Assembly: GCA_964347045.1 (NCBI GenBank) | Contig: CAYFXC010000002.1 | Coordinates: forward strand, 1 to 64,000 | Length of the DNA: 64,000 nt | DNA from: an uncultured archaeon | GTDB lineage: Archaea > Asgardarchaeota > Hermodarchaeia > Hermodarchaeales > Hermodarchaeaceae | Reading direction: 5' to 3' | Part shown: piece by piece, positions 1 to 9,816 of the stretch | Position numbering within the stretch: the stretch's first letter is position 1 | Layout: each line of letters starts with the position of its first letter | Notes under the pieces: generated by a model | Seen by the model: only the letters and a program-made list of their open reading frames with translations | The model's database searches: none | Told to the model about the DNA's origin: nothing | Program-made: the position numbers and the translations under genes

Positions 1-554
1 AGCGCTTCGATGAGCACTCGCGCATGTTCTTTCACAATTCAATCCTTCGAAATCGAGCCATTGGAACAGGGATATTACCTGCAGATGAAGCGATACGACT
101 TGGTGTCGTTGGACCCGCTCTTCGTGGCTCAGGAATTGACTCCGATATTCGTATAGATGAACCCTATGATTCCTACAAAAAACTCGATGTTCCAATTGCG
201 GTTAATGAGGGATGCGATTCATATGCACGGTGTCTAGTACGGCTTGAAGAAATGCGTAATAGTGTCTCAATCATTCGCCAAGCACTAGATGATTTACCAA
301 ATGGAGAATTTCGAGTCAAAATTCCGACTCGAGTTAAAGATGGATCAAGTTTTACCCGCGTTGAAGCAGCTCGTGGTGAACTCTGTCATTATCTGGTCTC
401 ATGTGGCACCAATAAGCCATACCGTCTCAAAATATCTACTCCAAGTTTCCGGAACTTATTAGCTATACCATATGTTTTGCGCGGCTGGCACCTTGCTGAT
501 ATGCCAACCAATTACATGAGCCTTGATTATTGGCCCGTTGACGCAGACAGATAG
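1..554 (+). CDS. nuoD: Complex I-like (Nuo/Fpo) subunit D, 5'-truncated by the window edge
   Basis: GPALRGSG, EAARGE, PYRLKI and a C-terminal DYWPVDADR. It lacks the C-terminal CxxC of [NiFe]-hydrogenase large subunits. The frame is open from position 3. Confidence 0.93.
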   Translation, partial: RFDEHSRMFFHNSILRNRAIGTGILPADEAIRLGVVGPALRGSGIDSDIRIDEPYDSYKKLDVPIAVNEGCDSYARCLVRLEEMRNSVSIIRQALDDLPNGEFRVKIPTRVKDGSSFTRVEAARGELCHYLVSCGTNKPYRLKISTPSFRNLLAIPYVLRGWHLADMPTNYMSLDYWPVDADR

Positions 555-1715
555 GTGAAAAAAATGCAAGTGATACCAAACATCATTGAAATTATTGCGG
601 GGTTAATCGCATTTACGCTAGTTCACATTCCAGATCTTATTCGCACATTAATATTCCCAGGTTTCCTCACACTCACTTTAGCCGCCTATCTGATGGTTTG
701 GTTCGAACGGAAATTCTTAGCAAAAATCCAATTGCGAGTTGGACCGCAGTACGCTGGACGCTTTGGTGGAATCTTGCAACCCGTTGCGGATTTTCTGAAA
801 CTCTTTTTTAAAGAACATATCGTTCCTGAAAAATCTGACCGATTATTTTTCCGAATCGTTCCAATTGTATTTCTCGCTTTGGCATCTCTCCCCATCATTG
901 TAATACCTTTTGGGACATCAATTCTTCCCATTCCGAACGCAACTTTTCAAGTTTGGACACCGTATATAATCTCTTGGGTAATAATTGGTGAGGGGTTCGT
1001 GGCAACATATGGCTTGCTTATTTTCTTTGCCATCTCAGCACTCTTTCCGATGGTTGTTCTTATTGCTGGATGGGCAAGCAACAGCAAATACCCTTTCATT
1101 GGAGGAGTCCGTTCACTCTTTCAACAAGTTTCCTATGAGATTCCCATGTGGATATCTGCCCTAGCTGTCGTTGTGTTAAGCGGATCAATCAACTTAGCAC
1201 AAATTACATTCTCACAACAACAGATTTGGTTTATTTTCCCCTTATTTCTCTCAGCACTCATTTTCTTCATCGCAATTGTTGCAGAACTCGAGAGAGTTCC
1301 TTTCGACTTACCCGAAGCGGAACCAGAAATTGTTTCTGGGTGGATGACTGAATATTCGGGGGCACCATTTCTTCTCATCTATTTAAGCTTCTATGTCAAA
1401 ATGTTTACTGTTGCCGCGTTATTCACAACTCTCTTCCTGGGAGGATGGCTTCCAATGCCTTTTGTTGCAGGTGGAATGTTTACTCCACCGCTACCAGTTC
1501 TGTTACCTAACTTTCTTCCAGAACCTGTCTGGTTTTTAGTAAAAACAGGTCTGGTTACTATACTGATAATATTCCTGCGAGGAGTCTATCCCCGAACACG
1601 TATAGATCAAATTTTACGTGTAGCGTGGTCTATCTGGATTCCACTTTCCTTTGTGGCTTTATTTCTTGCAGCTTTTCTAGTAATATTTGGAATATTTCCG
1701 ATTGGAGGACTATAA
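555..1715 (+). CDS. nuoH: Complex I subunit H
   Basis: ERKFLAKIQLRVGP, LQPVADFLKLFFKE, RVPFDLPEAEPEIVSGWMTEYSG, PRTRIDQ. ATG at 564 is an alternative start. Confidence 0.96.
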   Translation: MKKMQVIPNIIEIIAGLIAFTLVHIPDLIRTLIFPGFLTLTLAAYLMVWFERKFLAKIQLRVGPQYAGRFGGILQPVADFLKLFFKEHIVPEKSDRLFFRIVPIVFLALASLPIIVIPFGTSILPIPNATFQVWTPYIISWVIIGEGFVATYGLLIFFAISALFPMVVLIAGWASNSKYPFIGGVRSLFQQVSYEIPMWISALAVVVLSGSINLAQITFSQQQIWFIFPLFLSALIFFIAIVAELERVPFDLPEAEPEIVSGWMTEYSGAPFLLIYLSFYVKMFTVAALFTTLFLGGWLPMPFVAGGMFTPPLPVLLPNFLPEPVWFLVKTGLVTILIIFLRGVYPRTRIDQILRVAWSIWIPLSFVALFLAAFLVIFGIFPIGGL

Positions 1716-1717
1716 GA

Positions 1718-2188
1718 ATGGTAAGACTACTTGATTCAATTCGACCATTAGTTTCTGGATTTAAACACATCTTTTGGAACCGATTAACAATAAAATATCC
1801 CGACCAAAGACTTGAACTTCCTCAAAGAGAAAGAGGCCGCCATTTCCTAAAGCTTGAAAAATGTATCGGATGTGGTCAATGTCAACGTATCTGTCCAACA
1901 ATCGCAATTCAATTAGAGAAACTTGAGGAGAAATATTCGGAGAAAAACAAACCAAACATGTATCCAAATATTGATTTTGGTCGCTGCTCTTTTTGTGATC
2001 TTTGCATTGAAATATGCCCAGTGAATGCATTAGAACATACAGACTTCTATGAACTCTCAGAAACAACCAAACAACCGTTATTTCTTTCTCCAATCGAATT
2101 TGCCAATAAACCTATGGAAAAGGGTTGGCGAAAGAAACAGAAACGAAAAGCCATGCAAATCAGTCGCAGGGGGTTATATCATGATTGA
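1718..2188 (+). CDS. nuoI: Complex I subunit I (2x[4Fe-4S])
   Basis: TIKYP, CIGCGQCQRICP, CSFCDLCIEICP. ATG 1718 follows GGAGG. Confidence 0.95.
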   Translation: MVRLLDSIRPLVSGFKHIFWNRLTIKYPDQRLELPQRERGRHFLKLEKCIGCGQCQRICPTIAIQLEKLEEKYSEKNKPNMYPNIDFGRCSFCDLCIEICPVNALEHTDFYELSETTKQPLFLSPIEFANKPMEKGWRKKQKRKAMQISRRGLYHD

Positions 2189-2717
2189 ACTAAATGACTT
2201 ATTATTCTACACTGTAGCAGTAATAATAGTTTTATCAGCAATCCTTGCTCTCGAATCTCGTGACCTCATTTATGGAGCAGTATCATTATCCATAACCTTT
2301 GTTGGAGTTGCATTTCTTTTCATATTACTGGGAGCAGCTTATGTTGCAATTTTCCAAATCGCTATGTACATTGGGGCTGTGGTAGTTCTCATCCTATTCA
2401 CAATAATGGTAGTTGGAAGTAGTCGGAGAAAGGAGGCAGATGAGAAAAGGAGTGGACGAAGAGAACGAGCCTTAGAATATGGAGCAGCAATTGTTGTTGG
2501 TTTAACTTTAATTGCGTTGTTATTTACTTTGGGTAGTAGCCTATTTACTTTCGCTGGTCCTTATAGTCTTACACTAATCGATATAGGATATGCTCTCTTC
2601 TCACAATATGGCCTCGTATTTGTAATAATGGGTCTTGTTGTGGCATCAAGCCTAATGGGTGCTTTGACGCTTGCAAAAATCGAATCAAGGAAGGTTGATG
2701 ATGATACCAATAATTAA
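2181..2717 (+). CDS. nuoJ: Complex I subunit J
   Basis: FQIAMYIGAVVVLILFTIM motif, hydrophobic, position between nuoI and nuoK. Start set to ATG 2181. Confidence 0.93.
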   Translation: MIELNDLLFYTVAVIIVLSAILALESRDLIYGAVSLSITFVGVAFLFILLGAAYVAIFQIAMYIGAVVVLILFTIMVVGSSRRKEADEKRSGRRERALEYGAAIVVGLTLIALLFTLGSSLFTFAGPYSLTLIDIGYALFSQYGLVFVIMGLVVASSLMGALTLAKIESRKVDDDTNN

Positions 2718-3009
2718 TTACCTAATCTTGGCTGTAATCCTTTTGGCACTTGGGCTCTACGGAATAATGGTTAAGCGTAATGCCATTCGTATGCTATTTA
2801 GCATTGAACTGATTTACAATGCAGTAAACATCACGGTCATTGCATTAGCGCGTTTCTTCCAACCTACAGCCATTATTGGACAAATTGTAGTACTATTTAC
2901 GATTGCGATAGCGGCTACTGAAGCCGCATTAGGCTTAGCCCTTATTTTGGTCATCTATCGTCTTTACGGAGATATTGACATCCGAGAACTTAGCAAACTT
3001 AAGGGGTAG
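2698..3009 (+). CDS. nuoK: Complex I subunit K
   Basis: RNAIRMLFSIELIYNA and AIAATEAALGLA, with both conserved Glu residues; 3 TM helices. Confidence 0.95.
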   Translation: MMIPIINYLILAVILLALGLYGIMVKRNAIRMLFSIELIYNAVNITVIALARFFQPTAIIGQIVVLFTIAIAATEAALGLALILVIYRLYGDIDIRELSKLKG

Positions 3010-3015
3010 AAAAAA

Positions 3016-4548
3016 TTGCAAATAATTTTAGAATTTATATACTCAATTGTGATGTTACTCGAACCAACATTACTTTTACAAACTGTTTTAGTTCCATTTA
3101 TTGCTTCACCATTTGTATACCTAATCGGCAAACGAGTAGGAATTCGCATTGGCTGGCTAGTAGCCGCCCTGCTGTTTTATTCGACCTTGTTGCTCAGCCT
3201 AGGATCAATTTTTGGAATTGCCCAAACTTCTTATCAATGGTACCCCATTGGAGAATTTGGCTTCCGACTCGATGGATTAAGTGCTCAATTCGCATTAATT
3301 ATTACCCTTCTATCAGCTCTAATCGCCATCTACTCTATGCCCTACATGAAACATCGTGTTGAAGGAAATGAGACAGCAAACCGGCAAGCTGCTGCATACT
3401 TTGCCTTATTCCTCCTGTATTCGGCTGGTATGCTTGGAGCTGTTCTCGCAACCAACCTCATAGAATTTTACCTATTCTTCGAATTAATGCTAGTTCCATC
3501 CTATTTTATCATCGCTCAATGGGGATATGGAGATCGCGAAAAAGTAAGCATGATCTATTTTATGTGGACGCATATCGGAGCACTCGTATTGTTGGCGGGG
3601 TTCCTTGCAACAGGATTTCTTGCTGGAGGATTCAATATAGCAATAATCACTGAGATTGCTATTCCAGAAATATTCCGTTTAGGCATCATTGTCGCAATTT
3701 CTTTTGGATTTGTTGTAAAGATGGCGGTTTTTGGCGTTCATGTCTGGTTACCACATGCTCATGCTGAAGCGCCAACACCCATTAGCGCAATGCTTTCCCC
3801 GCTAATGATTGGAATAGGAGGCTATGGTATAACTCGATTTGTCATTCTAATTTTTCCCACAACATTTCAAGGTATTAGTATCTTTTTCGCTATTTGGGCT
3901 CTACTCACTATGTTTTATGGAGGAGTCATGGCAATTGCCCAATCTGATATCAAAAGACTATTGGCATATTCCAGTGTTTCTCAAATGGGTTACATTCTCT
4001 TTGGTTTAGCATCTTTTCAGTTCTTTGGAGCTGTAGGAGCGATATTTCACTATATTAGCCACGCAACCGGTAAAGCAATTCTCTTCTTAACGGCTGGAGC
4101 GATTATTTTACAAGCTGAAGGAATCCGAGAAATTTCAGCCATGGGAGGACTTGCCCGACGGATGCCAATTACTGCAACAGCTGCTATTATAGGCTTCCTA
4201 GGAATTCTTGGATTTCCATCAACCAACGGTTTTCAAAGTGAGTGGATGATTTTTGCCGGGGCTTTTGGTAACGCTCTATTGAATAACTCATTGCCATTGT
4301 TAGCAATTGCAGCGGCGGGTGTTATTTCCACTGTCTTCACGGCGGGATATTCCCTTTGGACTATCCGACGCGTATTCTTTGGGGAATTACCTGAAGAGCT
4401 AGCAAATGTGCCTAGACCAGGTTTTAAGATAACCGTACCCCTCATAATTTTGGCAGTCATTACTATTATTCTTGGCCTGTATCCTGAGATCGTCGTTGCA
4501 CCTGTAAAAGCCGTCATTGAAAGTGTAATACCATTTCCAGGAGTCTAG
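3016..4548 (+). CDS. nuoM: Antiporter-like subunit NuoM, first copy (M1)
   Basis: FYLFFELMLVP, GFVVKMA, HVWLPHAHAEAPTP, KRLLAYSSVSQMG, GFQSEW. The true start may be 3049 or 3052. Confidence 0.9.
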   Translation: MQIILEFIYSIVMLLEPTLLLQTVLVPFIASPFVYLIGKRVGIRIGWLVAALLFYSTLLLSLGSIFGIAQTSYQWYPIGEFGFRLDGLSAQFALIITLLSALIAIYSMPYMKHRVEGNETANRQAAAYFALFLLYSAGMLGAVLATNLIEFYLFFELMLVPSYFIIAQWGYGDREKVSMIYFMWTHIGALVLLAGFLATGFLAGGFNIAIITEIAIPEIFRLGIIVAISFGFVVKMAVFGVHVWLPHAHAEAPTPISAMLSPLMIGIGGYGITRFVILIFPTTFQGISIFFAIWALLTMFYGGVMAIAQSDIKRLLAYSSVSQMGYILFGLASFQFFGAVGAIFHYISHATGKAILFLTAGAIILQAEGIREISAMGGLARRMPITATAAIIGFLGILGFPSTNGFQSEWMIFAGAFGNALLNNSLPLLAIAAAGVISTVFTAGYSLWTIRRVFFGELPEELANVPRPGFKITVPLIILAVITIILGLYPEIVVAPVKAVIESVIPFPGV

Positions 4549-4554
4549 TATCCA

Positions 4555-6855
4555 ATGTGGTTCAGCCCAGAATTAAGCGCACAATTGCTGGTCATCAACC
4601 CTCTCGCAATACTAGGAATTCTAGTTTTCTGGATATTTCCAATCCCCTTTATAGGGGCTTTGTTAACCCCAATTTTAGCAAGAATACATCCGAAACTTAG
4701 AGACTATTTTGCTGTCCTAACTAGTTTCATAGCAGCACTCGCAGCAACAGCGCTCATACCGATTGTTTTGGGTGTAAGTTTTCCTTTCCCTCTTCCACAA
4801 TGGCAAATACCTTGGATCCCATCTCTTGGTATTACATTAGGTGTTCTAATCGATCCACTTAGTGTGTTCATGGCGAATATTGTCACTTGGCTTACTTTTC
4901 TTATAATGGTTTACAGCTTAGGATACATGAAGGGAGAGACGAGTCTCACTCGCTATTGGGTATTTATGAACCTATTCCTCGGTAGTATGCTACTCATTGT
5001 GATGTCGGATAACTTGCTTCAATTGTTCTTCGGCTGGGAGGGAGTCGGACTTTGCTCATATCAACTGATTGGTTTTTATTTTTCCGATCGCAGGGATAAA
5101 TGGGTTGGTGTACCTGGAGAAACAGCATTAGGCGTCGAAATGGCTTATGCCCCAAGCCATGCTGGAATGAAAGCATTTATTGTTACAAGGATTGGAGATG
5201 TTTTCCTTCTCGCAGGAATACTTTCTATTGGATTAACAGCCGGAACATTCAGTTTTATTGAACTAGCTGAACATACTCCATGGGCTGCTCAGCTGGCAAG
5301 TATGGGATTATTAGTTCCAGTTTTTCTTTCCATCTTCATTGGTGCAATTGGAAAATCCGCACAATTCCCTTTACATGAATGGTTGCCAGATGCAATGGCT
5401 GGACCAACATCTGTTTCCGCATTAATCCATGCCGCTACTATGGTGAAGGCGGGTGTTTACTTAATAGCAAGGATGGCTCCCCTTTTCTATATTCTTTTGA
5501 GCACCTATGGTGGGGTAGAGATCTTTTTCTATACTGTTGCCGGAATCGGAGTTTTTACGGCATTTCTTGCAGGTTCACAAGCACTCGTCTCAAGTGAAAT
5601 AAAGAAAGTTCTCGCTTATTCCACCGTTTCTCAAATTGGTTACATGATGTTAGGCCTTGGTGCAGCAGGACTTGCACCTGAATTTGCAGGTGGGTACGTT
5701 GCTAGTCTTTTTCATTTAATGAGTCATGCCGTTTTTAAGGCATCACTTTTCATGGCTGCAGGGGCAGTTATCCACACCGTAGAATCTCGGTTCCTTGATG
5801 ATATGGGGGGTCTCAAGAATGTGATGCGAATAACCTACGTATCAATGATCTTGGGAGTTCTTTCGCTCTCTGGTGTTCCGCCATTCTCTGGATTTTGGTC
5901 CAAGGACGCTGTTTTACTCGCTACATGGTCAACTGGTAACACTATCCTGTTCAGTTTAGGAGTGATAACAGCAGGCCTGACAATTCTCTATAGCTTTAGG
6001 ATGATTGGTATGATATTCCATTCACCCAAGAGCGCCCATTTAAAGCAATTAGAGGATGAAGGCCACCATCTTCATACTCCAAATAAACTTTTCTGGGTAC
6101 CATATGGAATTCTTGCCCTAGTTAGCCTTATCCTTGGTTTCGCAGGACCACTTCTTGAGAGTAATCTTCACACTTTCTTTGAACCACTATTTCATGGAAT
6201 AACCAGTCATGGAGGAGAAATAAACCAGAGTCTTGCATTAGCTTCAACCTGGACAGCCTCCGCGGTTGCATTATCCATTGGTGGTTTGCTGGGATACTTA
6301 CTTTACATCCGCCCCTCGTTTGATATTCATCGAGCAGTCAAGCAGAATAGAGTATTACGTGCATTCAACAAATTCCTTGTTAATCGATGGTACATGAATC
6401 CTTTGTTCTACAAAATCTTCGTGTACGGAACAATCCGAGCTAGTAAGGGCGCTTATAGACGAATTGAGGTTGGAGGAATTGACCAACTCAATGTCAAAGT
6501 TGCACCAGCCATCATCCGAGGATCTATGACATTAAACCGTACCGTTGAACAACGAGGATTTGACTCTACGAATACCGGGTTTGCAAAACTTGGAGTTAAG
6601 ACATCACGCTTAGCAGATTGGATTGACGTTAATGCTATCGATGCAATTGCTAACAAAATCAAAGGAACTGGAGGTTGGCTCTCCCAAAAAATTCGACGCC
6701 TCCAAACAGGCATTACTCACCAATACGTGTTCGCTCTTGTCGCAGGTCTTGTTGTTGTTATTCTACTATTTGAACCATTGCTTCTGTTAAATCCAATAGT
6801 ATTACTTGTGATAATTGTGGTTCTCGTTATCACAGCAATTCTATCACTGAGGTGA
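4555..6855 (+). CDS. nuoL: Antiporter-like subunit NuoL with extended lateral helix (766 aa)
   Basis: FGWEGVGLCSY, KAFIVTRIGD, GKSAQFPLHEWLPDAMAGPTSVSALIHAATMV, FWSKD, C-terminal LQTG. Confidence 0.96.
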   Translation: MWFSPELSAQLLVINPLAILGILVFWIFPIPFIGALLTPILARIHPKLRDYFAVLTSFIAALAATALIPIVLGVSFPFPLPQWQIPWIPSLGITLGVLIDPLSVFMANIVTWLTFLIMVYSLGYMKGETSLTRYWVFMNLFLGSMLLIVMSDNLLQLFFGWEGVGLCSYQLIGFYFSDRRDKWVGVPGETALGVEMAYAPSHAGMKAFIVTRIGDVFLLAGILSIGLTAGTFSFIELAEHTPWAAQLASMGLLVPVFLSIFIGAIGKSAQFPLHEWLPDAMAGPTSVSALIHAATMVKAGVYLIARMAPLFYILLSTYGGVEIFFYTVAGIGVFTAFLAGSQALVSSEIKKVLAYSTVSQIGYMMLGLGAAGLAPEFAGGYVASLFHLMSHAVFKASLFMAAGAVIHTVESRFLDDMGGLKNVMRITYVSMILGVLSLSGVPPFSGFWSKDAVLLATWSTGNTILFSLGVITAGLTILYSFRMIGMIFHSPKSAHLKQLEDEGHHLHTPNKLFWVPYGILALVSLILGFAGPLLESNLHTFFEPLFHGITSHGGEINQSLALASTWTASAVALSIGGLLGYLLYIRPSFDIHRAVKQNRVLRAFNKFLVNRWYMNPLFYKIFVYGTIRASKGAYRRIEVGGIDQLNVKVAPAIIRGSMTLNRTVEQRGFDSTNTGFAKLGVKTSRLADWIDVNAIDAIANKIKGTGGWLSQKIRRLQTGITHQYVFALVAGLVVVILLFEPLLLLNPIVLLVIIVVLVITAILSLR

Positions 6856-8324
6856 ATCAAATGCTTTTATTGATCATAATCTTTCTGCCACTAATAGCCG
6901 CTCCATTGATTTACCTTTTGGGGCGCCCTAGTCCACGAGCAGCTCGATGGACTACTTTACTAATCAACATTACTGTCTTTTTTGCATCATTCCTAATTTA
7001 TCTTGGACTGTTTTCACTCGATCCCAGCACCTTTCAGTTCCTAGTAAATTATACATGGATTGATTTCTTCGGCATTCAGATTCCTTTTGAGGTTGGTGTT
7101 GATGGAATCAGTGCACCTCTTCTTCTATTATCAACCAGCCTTAACATGTTAGCCACTGCAGGTTCCTTTACGCTAGTTAAAACTAATGAACGGCAATACT
7201 ACTCACTCCTTTTAATATTTGGAGGAGCTGTGGTCGGCGTATTCACAGCACTTAACCTAATTGTATTCTTTGTGTTCTGGGAATTAGCGATTATTCCAAT
7301 GTTCTTTTTTATTGGCATTTGGGGAGGCTCTAAAAGAAAGTATGCAGCAATCAAGTTCTTGCTTTTTACTACACTAGGTAGTCTATTGATGCTCATTGGA
7401 TTCATTGTGGTGTTTCTCTGGTCAGGTGGTAGTACATTTGATATACCAATACTTCTTGCTAACCGCCTGCCACAAGAATTACAACTTATTCCAGCTATCT
7501 TATGCTTTATTGGTTTTGCAATTAAGCTTCCCGTGATTCCCTTTCACACTTGGTTACCAGACGCTCATGTGGAAGCTCCATCTCCTATCAGCGTCTTACT
7601 AGCGGGTGTAATGTTGAAAATGGGAGGGTATGGAATTATTCGAATAGTAATTGGACTATTTCGTGAATTCGCTATTGTATATGGTCCATTTCTTATTATC
7701 CTTAGTTTAGGATCCGTTTTATTTGCAGCGTTCACAGCCATGTTTCAAGATGACCTCAAACGAATGGTTGCTTTGACTTCAATTAATCACATGGGTTTCG
7801 TTGCAGCTGGTGCATTTACAGTAACATCTCTCGGTATCGCAGGAGCCGTATTACAGATGTTTTGTCACGGATTCGCAATTGGTCTTTTGTTTTTATTGAC
7901 AGGCGTTATCCAAAAAGGAGCAGGGACACGAAAAATTAGCCAGCTAAAGGCTTTAGGAATAGGAATGCCCCTGACAAGCCTTTTATTGATATTAGGGTCC
8001 TTGGCTTCAATGGGGATACCGGGTTTTGGCAATTTTGTAGCTGAATTTAGTGTCATACAAGCAGTAATTGGTGTTCAATGGATATTTGGTATACTTGTTT
8101 TAGGCCCAGGAATTACTTCTGCCTATTTCTTATGGACTTTACAACGGATATTTCGACGAGCAGAACCAACGTTAACAGAAATGAAATCAGCATCAGCCTG
8201 GGAAATTGGTACATTGGCATTATTTGTTGTGCCTATTCTAATTTTAGGAATCTTTCCGTTTTTAATAATGACCCTAGTTTATCCAGCAACAGCAGTATTG
8301 CTCAGTTCAATAGGAGGAACCTAA
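6852..8324 (+). CDS. nuoM: Antiporter-like subunit NuoM, second copy (M2)
   Basis: FFVFWELAIIP, YAAIKF, HTWLPDAHVEAP, LAGVMLKMGGYG, NFVAEF. GTGA overlap with the nuoL stop. Confidence 0.93.
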   Translation: MNQMLLLIIIFLPLIAAPLIYLLGRPSPRAARWTTLLINITVFFASFLIYLGLFSLDPSTFQFLVNYTWIDFFGIQIPFEVGVDGISAPLLLLSTSLNMLATAGSFTLVKTNERQYYSLLLIFGGAVVGVFTALNLIVFFVFWELAIIPMFFFIGIWGGSKRKYAAIKFLLFTTLGSLLMLIGFIVVFLWSGGSTFDIPILLANRLPQELQLIPAILCFIGFAIKLPVIPFHTWLPDAHVEAPSPISVLLAGVMLKMGGYGIIRIVIGLFREFAIVYGPFLIILSLGSVLFAAFTAMFQDDLKRMVALTSINHMGFVAAGAFTVTSLGIAGAVLQMFCHGFAIGLLFLLTGVIQKGAGTRKISQLKALGIGMPLTSLLLILGSLASMGIPGFGNFVAEFSVIQAVIGVQWIFGILVLGPGITSAYFLWTLQRIFRRAEPTLTEMKSASAWEIGTLALFVVPILILGIFPFLIMTLVYPATAVLLSSIGGT

Positions 8325-9776
8325 ATGGCATTCGAATTGTATATAATTCTTGGAATACTGGGAATCGCTGGTATCCTTATTCCACTCCTTGATCAAGTAA
8401 TCTATTCTCGTTTGGGCAAGCACATTGCAGGGTACATGGCAGTACTTGCCCAATTAGTCTCAGCTTTACTTCTTGGTTGGATTGTAATAGCAAAAATTCC
8501 CCTTACGACTCCATTCGAAAATTTGATTTCTCCTGATGAGTTTGGAATCTTTTTTGGAATAGTATTTCTTTTAGTAGGGATTCTCATAACCATAGCATCT
8601 ATTAACTTCATGCGTGACGACCCGAATCAGGGTTCGTATTATGCCTTGATTATCCTTGCCGTCCTTGGATCATTATTAGTAGCTTTTTCAATTGATTTAG
8701 TTATGCTCGATGTTGCTTGGGATCTAATGTTCGTAACTACGTTGGTTCTTACTGGTATTCGGAAAGGAGATTGGCTCTCTAGTGAAGCCGCATTCAAATA
8801 TTACATTCTAGGAGCTTTATCAACAGCCTTTGTATTTCTTGCCATCGCATTTTTCATAGGAATAGCGGGCACCACCTCCCTAATTGGAATAGCCGCTGCA
8901 CTTCCTAGCATTTCCGTTGAGCTCCAACCACTATTAGTACTGGCGATTATTTTCACGATCATAGGCTTTGGTATTAAGATGGCAATCGTACCCTTCCAAT
9001 TTTGGATCCCTGACGCCTATGAAGGGGCACCAACGCCCATTGGCGGTTTTTTAGCAGCAGGAACTAAAAAAGCAGGATTTGCAGCTAGCCTCCGAGTTCT
9101 CACAATCGCTCTTATCACGGCACCAGTTATCATATTAGCGCGTTGGAGCTTTGCTATAGCATTTCTAGCGGCGATTACTATGACAGTGGGCAATTTTGCT
9201 GCCTTGACTCAGAAAAGTTTTCCTCGCATGCTGGCTTATTCCTCAATTGCACAAGCGGGGTATATGTTAATCGGAATTGCATTTCCAAACACCGTTTATG
9301 GTATACCTGGTCTCCTTTTCCATACACTGAATCATGCCATTATGACCGCAGCAGCTTTCATTGCGGCGGCAGGCGTTTCTTTAACCCTGAAATATACTTC
9401 AGTTAGTGGATATGACGGATTAGCCAAAATCATGCCAAAAACTGCTTTTATACTAACTCTGACGCTTTTTGCCCTTGCAGGTATCCCACCGTTTAATGGA
9501 TTTTGGAGTAAGGCGGTATTATTCATGGCCACCGTTGAAGCCAACGCTCTTTGGCTTGGTATAGTTATGGTTCTAAATAGCGTCTTCTCATTGGGCTACT
9601 ATTCATGGATAATCAAACGAATGTATTTAGATGAAACTACTATTTCAACTAAAATTACAGAACCTCGTGGAATTTTAATTGCATTAATTATTGCAGGAAT
9701 CCTTATCCTATTAATTGGAATCTATCCATCACCCTTCTTCACATGGATATATGGTTTCACAGGTTATGTTCCTTAG
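8325..9776 (+). CDS. nuoN: Antiporter-like subunit NuoN
   Basis: SEAAFKYYILG, KMAIVPFQFWIPDAYEGAPTP, RMLAYSSIAQAGY, GFWSK. Confidence 0.94.
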   Translation: MAFELYIILGILGIAGILIPLLDQVIYSRLGKHIAGYMAVLAQLVSALLLGWIVIAKIPLTTPFENLISPDEFGIFFGIVFLLVGILITIASINFMRDDPNQGSYYALIILAVLGSLLVAFSIDLVMLDVAWDLMFVTTLVLTGIRKGDWLSSEAAFKYYILGALSTAFVFLAIAFFIGIAGTTSLIGIAAALPSISVELQPLLVLAIIFTIIGFGIKMAIVPFQFWIPDAYEGAPTPIGGFLAAGTKKAGFAASLRVLTIALITAPVIILARWSFAIAFLAAITMTVGNFAALTQKSFPRMLAYSSIAQAGYMLIGIAFPNTVYGIPGLLFHTLNHAIMTAAAFIAAAGVSLTLKYTSVSGYDGLAKIMPKTAFILTLTLFALAGIPPFNGFWSKAVLFMATVEANALWLGIVMVLNSVFSLGYYSWIIKRMYLDETTISTKITEPRGILIALIIAGILILLIGIYPSPFFTWIYGFTGYVP

Positions 9777-9816
9777 AATTTCAAGAGCCTATTTTGTATT
9801 GGAGCCGATACGATTG

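Noticed and set aside
1-554. Group 4 [NiFe]-hydrogenase large subunit
   Set aside because: The C-terminus lacks the DPCxxC Ni-binding motif, so it is NuoD-like.
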